Positions 39,395 through 51,074 of a DNA stretch of 64,000 nucleotides are shown piece after piece. Location: the NCBI GenBank assembly GCA_963822965.1, contig CAWGJT010000012.1, positions 160,001 to 224,000 on the forward strand. Direction: 5' to 3'. The stretch comes from an uncultured delta proteobacterium. GTDB lineage: Bacteria; Myxococcota_A; UBA9160; UBA4427. Position numbers and translations under genes: made by a program. The notes under the pieces are model-generated. The model saw only the letters and a program-made list of their open reading frames with translations. It was not told where the DNA came from and searched no databases. Positions within the stretch are counted from its first letter, which is position 1. Each line of letters starts with the position of its first letter.

Positions 39395-41342
39395 ATGATC
39401 TGGAGACTCGTCCCCCTCTTCTTTTACGTGCTGGTGATCGCTTCCCTCGGCTCCCCTGCCATCGCGCGGGACCAGGCAAGCCTCGGTGACCTCACGATTC
39501 CCGCCGACCGGGTGCCCGAATGGAACGCCGTGCCCCGAACGGACACGAGCGGCTGGAGCGTCTACAACGTCGTCAGCGACGTCTCCAAGCTGAACTCGGA
39601 CTTCGGCGCCTCCTGCTCCAAGGCCACCCTGGGCGGCGGAAGCGATGCTTCGGCGCTCCAGTGCATGATCGATGCCGTGGCCGGATCCAACACCGTCCTC
39701 CTGCTCCCCGCCGGCCAGCTCGACCTCACCAACGACCAGGGTCTCGTGATGCGATCGGGCGTCGTCCTCCGCGGCGTCGGCCCCGCCTCCCTCTTCCACT
39801 TCGAGGGACAGGCGAACTACATGGCGAACTCCTGCAAGTCGCGGAGCTGGATCAACTTCACCGGAACGACCGGCGCCACCACGGACTGGACGGGGGGATA
39901 CACGCGAGGCACCCGCGAGCTCCAGGTCGCCAATGCGGGAATCTTCGCCCCGGGCGACTGGGTCACGGTCCACATGAACTTCGATCCCAACCTCGTGCCC
40001 AGGACTTCGCAGCCGGACATCGACCATCACTTCGAGTACACGGCCCGCGTCGAATCCGTCCGCGCCAACGCCTCGCCCCAGACGATCACCCTCGATCGGC
40101 CCCTTCGCCTCGACTACACCTCCCAGGGAGGGCGCTTCGTTCGCAAGATCAATCCCGTGCAGGGGTCGGGACTGGAGAGCTTCAAGATCGTCAGCGAGGG
40201 GAACGACGGCGGAAACCATCTGGTCTGCTGGCGGAACGCCGTCAACAACTGGTTCGTCGGCATGGAGGCCGGCCCTTTCCCGCACATCGCGGTCCGCATC
40301 GAGAGCTCGGCGGCACGAAACCTGGTCGCGCACAGCTACATGCACGACACGACGGGCGATCAGGGATTCTCGTCCTATCCGGTCAACCTCGTGTTCGGGG
40401 CGTCGGACAACCAGGTCCACGACAACCGCTTCACCAACGTGAGCAAGGCCATCACGATCCAGGCGGGGGCCATCGGCAATCTCCTCACGTACAACTACGG
40501 GAAGGACTGCAACGGGCACCAGCGCCTGATCTTCTTCCACGGCGAGTATCCCTCGGAGAACCTCGTGGAGGGCAACGTCGCCGACACGGGCTGCAACATC
40601 GACATGGACAACCACTGGGGTCCCCAGGGAGAGCGCAATACGTTCTTCCGGAACCGCGGCGTGGACACCCGGGTGACCGGCGTCAAGCCCTACTCCATTC
40701 GTTCCCACATGGACGACTACACGGACCTCATCGCCTATCAGCCCAACCTGCTCCTGAACTTCATGCCCGCCTACTACCAGCCGAAGTTCTGCAAGGCGAC
40801 GCCGGCCGAGGGGGCCTCCTACCAGGACGGGCTCTGCGGCCACTGGAACTTCAAGGCCGGCAACAGCGCGGCCGGGGAAGCTCTACACCGACCCCTGGGC
40901 CGAGCGGAACGTCGGCTACGACCAGAAGAGCTACAAGCAGTGTCGGAACACCGACGACCCCTACCTCTGCTGCTCGAGCAGCGGAAATACCGGGGACAGC
41001 TGCGCCTTCGGTCCGGCCTTCCACTCGAGCATGGGGTCGAACGCCGTCGAGAACTATCAGACGACGGCGCCGCCGACCCAGTGGAGCGGCGACCAGTACC
41101 CCTACAGCCTCGTCACCGAATGGAACGATCCCGACGCGCGCCCGGACGGATGGTGCAAGGAGATCACCGTCTGGCCGCTGATGGGAGCGGACGTGGATTC
41201 GCTGCCCATCTCGGGCCTGCAGAAGCAGCCCGCCCATCGGCTCTACGATGGCGATCCCTGCACGCCGATGGACGGCATCTACGTCACCCCGCCGCCTCCG
41301 CCGCCGGCGGATCCGCTGCCGCCGCCCGTCCTGCTCGACTGA
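39395..41342 (+). CDS. Secreted parallel beta-helix (pectate-lyase-3-like) protein with a +1 frameshift at ~40875
   Basis: Signal peptide; 'ALQCMIDA...LLLPAG...SGVVLRGVG'; coding-like frame continues as KLYTDPW...PPVLLD* after GGGG 40874-40877. Confidence 0.7.
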
Positions 41343-41351
41343 ACGGTCCCG

Positions 41352-41385
41352 GAAGCGGAGGAGGCGGCAACGCCTCCTCCGCTTC
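41352..41385. terminator. Bidirectional terminator hairpin between convergent genes
   Basis: GAAGCGGAGGAGGCG-GCAA-CGCCTCCTCCGCTTC, perfect 15-bp stem. Confidence 0.75.
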
Positions 41386-41416
41386 TCCGCTCCGTTCCTC
41401 GCGCTCGGGCTTCGAT

Positions 41417-42367
41417 CTACTTGAGATGCTCGAGATCGATCGCGTTCTGGCGGAGCTTCACGGCCTTGCGGTAGCCCTCGGACCCGACGAGGCCGGCGAG
41501 CCTCGCCTCGATCCACAGCCGGGGCCCGTAGCGGCGAATCCCCCCGAGCGCGCGCCGAACGCGGTGGTCGCCGTAGAGCGCCAATCGCTCGACCTCGCCC
41601 GGCCCGCGCGGCGCCGGCCCGCTCGGCGCGTAGCCGCGGTCGGCGAGCAGCGCGCCGCATCGCGCCTCCAGACGAGCCAGCTCCCGGCGCGACATCCGCT
41701 GCTTCCACTGCGAGGCGAGTCGCGGGTCCGGCCGGCTGTAGGTCGAGTCCTCGTCGTAGCGAAGCATGGCCTCCTCGTACTCCAGACCGAGGAACTCGCA
41801 GAGCCTCGCGAGCTCCCGCTCCGGCGCCTCGACCAGGTCCTCGTAGCGCAGCTCGTAGCGCTGTGACGGACGCGTCCGTTCGACGAGACGGTCCCACCGC
41901 CGCTCCGCCTCCAGCCAGATCCCGACCCCGTGATAGGTGTTGCCCGCCCATCCCTGGACGACGCACGACCGGGCCACGTCCCGCGGATCGCGCAGCAGGT
42001 GGACGTAGCGCGCGTCCGGCCACAGGTCGGGGCAGCGATGGAACTTGCTGTGGATCGTGATGGCGACTTCCGGGCGCCCATCCGCCTCGTGCTTCTGGCG
42101 CAGGAAGTCGCGAACGAGATCCGGATACTCGAGGCTCCGGTCGATGGTGAAGCCCGAACGAAGGAAGGGGCGATGGGTCTCGAGATAGCGATAGTAGTCC
42201 GCGAGCGCGGGCCAGCCTTCCTCGTCCAGCGCCGCCACCGCCTGCTCGAACTCGCTCGACCAGGCGATCCGGGAGTGCTGACGCAACATCAAGCGGAGCA
42301 TCGTCGTCCCGGATCGCAGGGCGCCGACGATGATGATCGGCGATCGCGCGATTCCCGGACCCGACAT
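41417..42367 (-). CDS. Sulfotransferase
   Basis: IVGALRSGTTML, RDPRDVARS, LRYEDLV. Confidence 0.9.
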   Translation of the reverse strand: MSGPGIARSPIIIVGALRSGTTMLRLMLRQHSRIAWSSEFEQAVAALDEEGWPALADYYRYLETHRPFLRSGFTIDRSLEYPDLVRDFLRQKHEADGRPEVAITIHSKFHRCPDLWPDARYVHLLRDPRDVARSCVVQGWAGNTYHGVGIWLEAERRWDRLVERTRPSQRYELRYEDLVEAPERELARLCEFLGLEYEEAMLRYDEDSTYSRPDPRLASQWKQRMSRRELARLEARCGALLADRGYAPSGPAPRGPGEVERLALYGDHRVRRALGGIRRYGPRLWIEARLAGLVGSEGYRKAVKLRQNAIDLEHLK

Positions 42368-42720
42368 GGCTTCCTCCCGATGGCCGGCCGTACCGGCAGG
42401 GTCCCTGCGAGGACGCACCGCCGACTCCGGGGCTCGCCGCTCGCGATCCGGCCCCCGGCCCCTGGCGCCCCGAAGGCGGTCTCCGGTGCAAGGTCCCGGT
42501 GCCGAACATAAATCGGCAGCGGCGGATTGCGCCATGAGCCCGGCGGGCGCACGCTCACCGAATCGAGCCCGACCCTCCGATCCGCGCGAAACCTTGCCTC
42601 GGAAGCGGGCCACCCACCTTGGGCCGCGCAGCTCCTTCCAACGGTGCGCGGAGGACTTCCACCCAACGCGCAGGCTCCTTCCCCACCGCTGCGCAGCTCG
42701 AGTGAAGGCGAGAGGCACCC

Positions 42721-43551
42721 ATGGCCGGGCCCGCGATCGAGAACCCCGTCACACCCTCCCCGAAGCTCCTGGAGCTTCCGCGCCGGGAGATCCTCGGGGT
42801 CCCCGTGCATGCCGTTCGAGCCCGAGAGGCCCTCGAGCTCTGCCGCCAGGCGGCGTCCGAGCGTTCGAGACTCCAGATCGGCGTCGTCAATGCGGCCAAG
42901 ATCGTCCACATGCGATCGGATCCGCTGCTGCGGGATTCGGTCCTGAGCTCCGACCTGATCCTGGCCGACGGAATGTCGGTGGTGACGGCCGGACGGATCC
43001 TGGGCCAGAAACTGCCCGAGCGGGTGACGGGGATCGACCTGTTCGAGAGCCTCCTCGGCGTCGCTGAGGAAGAGGGATTCTCCGTCTACTTCCTGGGCGC
43101 CTCGCGGACCGTGCTCGACGCCGTGCTCGAGCGGGCCCGCCGCAGTCATCCCCGGCTTCGCGTCGCAGGGCACCACGACGGCTATTTCGGCCCGGACGAA
43201 GAGCCCGCAATCGCAGCGGAGATCGCGAAGTCGGCCCCTCACTTCCTCTTCGTGGGCATCACGAGCCCGAAGAAGGAGATCTTCATGAAGCGCTGGGGGC
43301 CCACGCTCGACGTGCCGGTCTGCCACGGGGTCGGCGGCTCCTTCGACGTCTACTCCGGAAAGACCCCGCGTGCGCCCCTCGCGTGGCAACGCGCGGGCCT
43401 GGAGTGGCTGTATCGCGTGATCCAGGAGCCGGCACGGATGTGGCGGCGCTACCTCGTCACGAACACGCAGTTCGTCGGCATGGTGCTGGCCAGGCTGCTG
43501 CGCCTCGACGGGAGGAGTCGTCTCCGCGGGGGAGCCGGACAGGACCCTTGA
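42721..43551 (+). CDS. WecG/TagA/CpsF glycosyltransferase (GT26)
   Basis: ADGMSVV, RVTGIDL, PKKE, GVGGSFD, GLEWLYR..EP.R..RY. Confidence 0.92.
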   Translation: MAGPAIENPVTPSPKLLELPRREILGVPVHAVRAREALELCRQAASERSRLQIGVVNAAKIVHMRSDPLLRDSVLSSDLILADGMSVVTAGRILGQKLPERVTGIDLFESLLGVAEEEGFSVYFLGASRTVLDAVLERARRSHPRLRVAGHHDGYFGPDEEPAIAAEIAKSAPHFLFVGITSPKKEIFMKRWGPTLDVPVCHGVGGSFDVYSGKTPRAPLAWQRAGLEWLYRVIQEPARMWRRYLVTNTQFVGMVLARLLRLDGRSRLRGGAGQDP

Positions 43552-43741
43552 GGCCACGCGAAGGCACTCATGCGCGTGGAATGCGACCCCTGCCGCCTAG
43601 CGTCGCTCGCGAGACGGGCTCGAGAGCCAGCGCCCGGTCCGCAACAAAGTGCCGGGATCGGTGTTACATTCCGATTGCACGGAACCACATACTCTCGATG
43701 AAGCCCGAATTCGCGCCGCCCTTGCTCTGTCCTGCGCCGTC

Positions 43742-43768
43742 TATCCCCCCTATCCCCCCATCCCCCCT
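43742..43768. repeat. (T)ATCCCCCC x3 simple repeat before the giant gene start
   Basis: C6 tracts at 43745-50, 43754-59 and 43762-67, then TATG. Confidence 0.8.
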
Positions 43769-46700
43769 ATGACCCTCGCCTCCACATCGAATCTCCCCCT
43801 GAGGGGAGACCGTCTTCGGCGCGGGCGGAACCCTCGCCCCGGTCGGCTCCAGCGGCCTCGTTCGGGTCGGTTCCAGGGGCGAAGAATCCCGAGCCTCGCT
43901 CTCCTGCTCGGGCTTGCCGCGGTCTCCGTCATGTTCCTCGCTGCCGGGACGGCCGCGGCGGGCGGGTTCGTCTCCGACGACTTCAGCGCTCCGGCGCTGG
44001 CGAGCCAGTGGAGCTTCGTCGACCCCGTCGGCGACTCGTCCTTCGCCCTGACGGGCAGCGGCACCGAGGACGCCCGGCTCGAGATCCACGTCCCGGCCGG
44101 TGTCGAGCACGACCCGTGGATCAACAACACGTCGGCCCGGGTCATGCAGCCCGTCGACGACATCGACTTCCAGATCGAGGTCAAGCTCGAGTCCGCCGTC
44201 ACCCAGAAGTTCCAGACCCAGGGGATCCTGGTCCAGGCCTCGCCGACCCAGTACCTCCGCTTCGACGTCCACTCCAAGGGCGGATCCGCCATCCGCACCT
44301 TCGCCGCCTTCATCGACGGCAGCAACGCCACCACCCTGGCCCTGAACGACAACGTCCCCGCCGGCCTGCCCCTCTACCTCCGGGTCACCCGACAGGGCGA
44401 CCAGTGGACCTACGAGCTCTCCTACGACGACGTCAGCTGGAGCCCGGTCGTCTCCTTCTCCCAGCCCCTGGCCGTCTCCGAGATCGGCCTGTTCGGGGGC
44501 AACGCCGGCGGGTCGCCCCCGGCCCACACGGCGATCTTCGACTACGCGTTCGAGACCGCCTCGCCCATCGTTCCCGAGGACGGCCCCGCCTGCACCGGCA
44601 CCGAGCCCTACGCGCTCGCCGTGGGCTTCCTCGGCACCGGCACCGGCGGCGTCCAGGTCTCGCCCGACCTTGCGGGCTACAGCTGCGGCGACGTCGTCAC
44701 CCTCACCGCCCTGCCCGATCCCGGATCCGTCTTCACCGCATGGAGCGGCGATCTCACCGGCAGCGACAGTCCCGCGGTCGTGACCCTCAACGCCGACACC
44801 ACCGTCGACGCCACCTTCGACCTCGACCTCACGCCGCCGGTCCTCTCCAACGTCCAGATCGTCCCCGGCACCGACGGGGCCACCCTCTCCTGGACCACCG
44901 ACGAGCCCGCCACCAGCCGCGTCGACTACGGCACCACCTCGGCCTACGAGCTGGGCTTCCAGGACGATCCCACCCTCGCCACCAGCCACAGCGTCGTCCT
45001 CTCCGGCCTCGCCGAGAGCACCGACTACCACGTCCTCCTCTCCTCCGACGACGGCTTCGGCAACGTCGCCGACAGCGGCGACCTCGTCTTCACGACCCAG
45101 TCCACGGGTGGCGACGTGACGCCGCCGGTCGTCTCCAACATCCAGGTCGTGCCCGCCGTGGACGGAGCCACCGTCTCCTGGACCACCGACGAGCCCGCCA
45201 CCAGCCGCGTCGACTACGGCACCACGTCTGCGTACGAGCTCGGGTTCCAGGAGGATCCCACCCTCGCCACCGCCCACAGCCTCGCCCTCACCGGACTGGC
45301 GCCCGCCACCCTCCATCACTTCCAGATCACCTCGGTCGACGCTCGCCGGCAACCCCGCCGTCACGGCCGACCAGACCTTCACCACCCTGAGCGGCGGCGG
45401 TGCCGCGGGCGGGTTCGTCTCCGACGACTTCAGCGCTCCGGCGCTGGGGAGCCAGTGGAGCTTCGTCGACCCCGTCGGCGACTCGTCCTTCGCCCTGACG
45501 GGCAGCGGCACCGAGGACGCCCGGCTCGAGATCAGCGTCCCCGCCGGTGTCGAGCACGACCCCTGGATCAACAACACGTCGGCCCGGGTCATGCAGCCCG
45601 TCGACGACATCGACTTCCAGATCGAGGTCAAGCTCGAGTCCGCCGTCACCCGGAAGTTCCAGACCCAGGGGATCCTGGTCCAGGCCTCGCCGACCCAGTA
45701 CCTCCGCTTCGACGTCCACTCCAAGGGCGGAAACCCGTCGACCCTGCGCACGTTCGCCGCCTTCATCGACGGCAGCAGCGCCACCACCCTGGCCCTGAAC
45801 GACAACGTCCCGGCCGGCCTGCCCCTCTACCTCCGGGTCACCCGGCAGGGCGACCAGTGGACCTACGAGCTCTCCTACGACGACGTCAGCTGGAGCCCGG
45901 TCGTCTCCTTCTCCCAGCCCCTCGCCGTCACCGAGATCGGCCTGTTCGGGGGCAACGCCGGCGGAGCGTCGCCGGCCCACACGGCGATCTTCGACTACGC
46001 GTTCGAGACCGCCTCGCCCATCGTCCCCGAGGATGGGCCCGCCTGCACCGGCACCGAGCCCTACGCGCTCGCCGTGGGCTTCCTCGGCACCGGCACCGGC
46101 GGCGTCCAGGTCTCGCCCGATCTTGCGGGCTACAGCTGCGGCGACGTCGTCACCCTCACCGCCCTGCCCGATCCCGGATCCGTCTTCACCGCATGGAGCG
46201 GCGATCTCACCGGCAGCGACAGTCCCGCGGTCCTGACCCTCAACGCCGACACCACCGTCGACGCCACCTTCGACCTCGACCTCACGCCGCCGGTCCTCTC
46301 CAACGTCCAGATCGTCCCCGGCACCGACGGGGCCACCCTCTCCTGGACCACCGACGAGCCCGCCACCAGCCGCGTCGACTACGGCACCACCTCGGCCTAC
46401 GAGCTGGGCTTCCAGGACGATCCCACCCTCGCCACCAGCCACAGCGTCGTCCTCTCCGGCCTCGCCGAGAGCACCGACTACCACGTCCTCCTCTCCTCCG
46501 ACGACGGCTTCGGCAACGTCGCCGACAGCGGCGACCTCGTCTTCACGACCCAGTCCACGGGCGGCGACGTGACGCCGCCGGTCGTCTCCAACATCCAGGT
46601 CGTGCCGGCCGCGGACGGAGCCACCGTCTCCTGGACCACCGACGAGCCCGCCACCAGCCGCGTCGACTACGGCACCACGTCTGCGTACGAGCTCGGGTTC

Positions 46701-49700
46701 CAGGAGGATCCCACCCTCGCCACCGCCCACAGCCTCGCCCTCACCGGTCTGGCGCCCGCCACCCTCCATCACTTCCAGATCACCTCGGTGGACGCAGCCG
46801 GCAACCCCGCCTTCACGGCCGACCAGACCTTCACCACCCTGAGCGGCGGCGGCGGCGCGACCGGGTTCGTCTCCGACGACTTCAGCGCTCCGGCGCTGGG
46901 GAGCCAGTGGAGCTTCGTCGACCCTGTCGGCGACTCGTCCTTCGCCCTGACGGGCAGCGGCACCGAGGACGCCCGGCTCGAGATCAGCGTCCCCGCCGGT
47001 GTCGAGCACGACCCCTGGATCAACAACACGTCCGCCCGGGTCATGCAGCCCGTCGACGACGTCGACTTCCAGATCGAGGTCAAGCTCGAGTCCGCCGTCA
47101 CCCAGAAGTTCCAGACCCAGGGGATCCTGGTCCAGGCCTCGCCGACCCAGTACCTGCGCTTCGACGTCCACTCCAAGGGCGGAGACCCGTCGACCCTGCG
47201 CACGTTCGCCGCCTTCATCGACGGCAGCAGCGCCACCACCCTGGCCCTGAACGACAACGTCCCCGCCGGCCTGCCCCTCTACCTCCGGGTCACCCGACAG
47301 GGCGACCAGTGGACCTACGAGCTCTCCTACGACGACGTCAGCTGGAGCCCCGTCGTCTCCTTCTCCCAGCCCCTGGCCGTCTCCGCCATCGGCCTGTTCG
47401 GGGGCAACGCCGGCGGGTCGCCCCCGGCCCACACGGCGATCTTCGACTACGCGTTCGAGACCGCCTCACCCATCGTCCCCGAGGATGGGCCCGCCTGCAC
47501 CGGCACCGAGCCCTACGCGCTCGCCGTGGGCTTCCTCGGCACCGGCACCGGCGGCGTCCAGGTCTCGCCCGATCTGCCCGGCTACAGCTGTGGCGACGTC
47601 GTCACCCTCACCGCCCTGCCCGATCCCGGATCCGTCTTCACCGCATGGAGCGGCGATCTCACCGGCAGCGACAGTCCCGCGGTCCTGACCCTCAACGCCG
47701 ACACCACCGTCGACGCCACCTTCGACCTCGACCTCACGCCGCCGGTCCTCTCCAACGTCCAGATCGTCCCCGGCACCGACGGGGCCACCCTCTCCTGGAC
47801 CACCGACGAGCCCGCCACCAGCCGCGTCGACTACGGCACCACCTCGGCCTACGAGCTGGGCTTCCAGGACGATCCCACCCTCGTCACCAGCCACAGCGTC
47901 GTCCTCACCGGCCTCGTCGAGAGCACCGACTACCACGTCCTCCTCTCCTCCGACGACGGCTTCGGCAACGTCGCCGACAGCGGCGACCTCGTCTTCACGA
48001 CGGGCGGGGTGCTCGGCAGACGCCCCCCTCGCCTCGGACGACTTCAACGCATTCAACCTGGACCTGTCCCGATGGGCCTTCGTCGACCCGGTCGGCGGCG
48101 CCCGGGTGGAGCTCACGGGCGCGGGCACGGCCGACGCCCACGTGCACCTCGTGGCGCCCGGCGGCAGCTCGCGTCAGGCGACGACCTCCACCAACCGCTC
48201 CGTCCGGATCGTTCAGAGCTCGACCGACGGCAACCTCGACGCGACGGTGACCTTCGTCGGCGAGCCGGCCTTCGACGGGCAGAGCCAGGGACTGGTCTTC
48301 GAAGCGCCGGGCGGCGATCCGCGCCTCGTCTTCGAGATCGTCCGCGAGGCCGGAGCACTGCTCGCGCGTGCCACGCGGGTGGACGGCGGAACCCCCACGA
48401 CGATCCTCGAGCAGCCCGTCGCCAGCGCTCCGCGCCACGAGCTCCACGTCCTGCGCGCGGACTCGAGCTGGACGTTCGAGCACTCGGAGGACGGCGTCGT
48501 CTGGGATCCGATCGGGAGCCTCGGATCCGTGCTCGACCTCGCGGGGGTCGCGGTCTTCCTCGGAGACGACGGCAGCTCCTCGCAGCCCGCCAGCGTGGAG
48601 GTCGATTCGATCTCGTTCGCGATCGACCCGATCGGAAGCGAGGACGGCACCACGCCCGGACCGGACGTGACCGCCCCCTTCCTCCACGACGTTCAGGCCA
48701 ACTCGACCTCGTCGACGATCCAGGTCTCCTGGGCGACCGACGAGAACGCCACGGGGCTCCTCGAGTACGGCCTGACGACGGCCGTCGCCGACGGCTCGGT
48801 GCCGGCCGGAACCGCCCAGACCAGCCAGTCGGAGATCGTGAGCTCCCTCCTGCCGTCGACCCCCTACTTCTATCGAATCACGGTGGAGGACGCGGACGGG
48901 AACATCACCACCGGTCCGATCCAGTCGATCAATACGGCCACCGTCTCGACCGGCGGGCCGAACATCGACGTGTGGTACGGCAGCTTCCAGACGTTCGGCC
49001 AGAACGGCATTCCGCAGACGGCGATCAACATCCTCGGCAACGCCCAGGACCCGAACGGGCTCGCCACGGCGAGCTTCACCTTGAACGGCGGTCCCTCCCG
49101 GGTGCTGCAGCTCGGGCAGACGAACCCGCGGCTGGCCCAGTACGGCGACTTCAACGTGGAGATCCAGTACGCGGAGCTGACGCCGGGCCTGAACCAGATC
49201 GCCATCACGGTCTGGGATGGAGACGGGAATGCGTCCACGGAGCCGGTGGTGGTGGACTACGTCGACGGGCAGGTCTGGCCGACGACCGTGTCGACGAGCT
49301 GGGACGCGGATGCGGCCATCGCAGACGAGGCCCAGGTGGTGGACGGCAAGTGGGAGCTCGTCCCCGGCGGCGTGCATACGGTCGAGACGGGCTACGACCG
49401 GCTGATCGCCATCGGCGACGTCACGTGGACCGACTACGAAGCCGTCGTCCCGGTCACGGTGCACGGCATCGGCGAGAGCTTCCTCGCACCCATCGTCGGT
49501 CTGGCCGTGCGCTGGCCCGGCCACATCGACTGGGACGGCTCCCAGCCGAACATCGGCTGGTATCCGCTGGGCGGGATCTTCTCCTATACCTGGCGGCCGA
49601 CCTTCGAGGGCGTCGAGCTGTGGGCGCCGGACGGCACCCGCCCGGTCCGCATCCAGACCACGAACCCGTTGGTCCTGGGGCAGCAGTATCTCTTCAAGTT

Positions 49701-49893
49701 CCGGGCCGTCTCGGCGGGCGGAGGCCTCCTCCACTACCAGGCCCGCTACTGGCTCGCGTCCGACCCGGAGCCCACGACCTGGGACGTCGACTACACCGGC
49801 ACGATCCCCGCGCCGAGCGGCGGGTCGCTCCTGCTGATCGCGCATCACGCGGACGTGACGTTCGGAGACGTCCAGGTGAGCCCGCTCCCGTAG
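43769..49893 (+). CDS. Giant secreted repeat protein (~2,040 aa after correcting frameshifts at ~45343 and ~48008): lectin/ConA-like, B-repeat-like and Fn3-like modules
   Basis: Signal-like N-terminus; three ORF pieces join seamlessly by comparison between repeat copies; Fn3-like 'ATLSWTTDEPATSRVDYG...H.V.L.GL...T.YH'. Confidence 0.8.
43964..48000 (+). repeat. Near-identical intragenic tandem repeat, ~1.45-kb unit x ~2.8
   Basis: GGGTTCGTCTCCGACGACTTCAGC recurs at 43964, 45411 and 46863 (periods 1447 and 1452). Confidence 0.95.
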
Positions 49894-49948
49894 GAGGTCG
49901 GTCCGAGACGGGTCGATCCAGCGTGGGGCGGGAGGTCCCGGACGGCCT

Positions 49949-51028
49949 CTATCTCGGTGCGGCGACCGGCGGCCTCGGCGCGGCGACCGGCGCCCCGAGG
50001 ATCGGCGACCAGAAGGCGAGCACCTCCTCGACCTCGCGCTGCGGGTCGTAGTGCTCGAGCACGAATCGCCGTCCGCCCCGGCGCTCTGCGTCGTAGGCGG
50101 ACGGATCGTCGCGCAGCCGCCCGAGGACCTCCTCCAGAGCGCGAGCCACACCGACCACGTCGCCCTCTTCGAAGCCGAAGGCGTGAGGCGGGCAGATGTA
50201 CTCCCGTCCGCCGCGGCCGTGGTAGCCCACCACGAGGCATTCGCTGAGCATCGCCTCCATCGGCGGCCGCGGAAGCCCTTCCGCGTGGCTCAGGCTCAGG
50301 AAGACCAGCGACTCCCGCATGATCTCGGCCACCCGGGTCTCCGGCAGCCCGTCGATGGGCAGGGTCTCGAAGCCGTCGAGCGCGCCCCGCGCCCGGAGCA
50401 GGCTCAGGATCTGGATCGCGTCCTTCTGGTTCTTGCGCGGCATGAAGCAGATCTGCTTGCGCTTCGCGTTCCCTTCCGAGAAGACGGCCGGATCGACCGC
50501 CTTCGTGAACCGCACGACGCGCACGCCCGGGAACGCGTAGGTGAGATAGGCCTCGGCGTCGCGGGAAATCGTCAGGACGGCGAGCAGTCGCGGGTCCGCA
50601 TAGGGATTCGGCGCGTAGAGCGCCGCCAGGCTCGAGCCACGGAAGGTTCCATAGGGGTTCAGGCTCAGCACGACGAGCCGGGCGCTGCGAGCGATCAGGT
50701 CGTGGGTCGGCTGCCAGGCCATCTCCGGGGGGGTGCGCCAGGCGCGAAATCGGCTCCGCCAGGCGCGTGCGGGCGGCGCCTCGCAGAAGGCCTCCGAGAA
50801 GACCTCCGGCACCACGAGGACGTCGCGATCGGTCGGCTCGACCTCCTCGGCCGCGACGACCGGAGAGCGATTCCCGAACCAGCTCGCGCGAAATCCGCGA
50901 CGGCCGTGGACGACGAAGGCCTCGTGCCCTGCCCCGCGAAGGATCTCCACGTGCCGATAGATGGTCTTCATTCCGCCCGTCGGGACCGGACGATCCGGGC
51001 AGAGCACGAAGACGCGGGGGTTGCTCAC
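49949..51028 (-). CDS. GT-B glycosyltransferase (GT4-like)
   Basis: PTGGMKTIYRH, MPRK, EGLPRPPMEAM. Confidence 0.82.
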   Translation of the reverse strand: MSNPRVFVLCPDRPVPTGGMKTIYRHVEILRGAGHEAFVVHGRRGFRASWFGNRSPVVAAEEVEPTDRDVLVVPEVFSEAFCEAPPARAWRSRFRAWRTPPEMAWQPTHDLIARSARLVVLSLNPYGTFRGSSLAALYAPNPYADPRLLAVLTISRDAEAYLTYAFPGVRVVRFTKAVDPAVFSEGNAKRKQICFMPRKNQKDAIQILSLLRARGALDGFETLPIDGLPETRVAEIMRESLVFLSLSHAEGLPRPPMEAMLSECLVVGYHGRGGREYICPPHAFGFEEGDVVGVARALEEVLGRLRDDPSAYDAERRGGRRFVLEHYDPQREVEEVLAFWSPILGAPVAAPRPPVAAPR

Positions 51029-51074
51029 GGGTTCGTTCTTCCTCTGATGGACGCCCGACGGGAGACGGACCCGA

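Noticed and set aside
40878..41866. C-terminal ~330 aa of the 823-aa ORF 39395-41866
   Set aside because: Out-of-frame read-through after the frameshift; it crosses a terminator and overlaps the opposite-strand sulfotransferase
43964..48000. Diversity-generating retroelement TR/VR pair
   Set aside because: Repeats are ~1.45 kb, tandem and coding; differences are not obviously adenine-specific; no reverse transcriptase in the window
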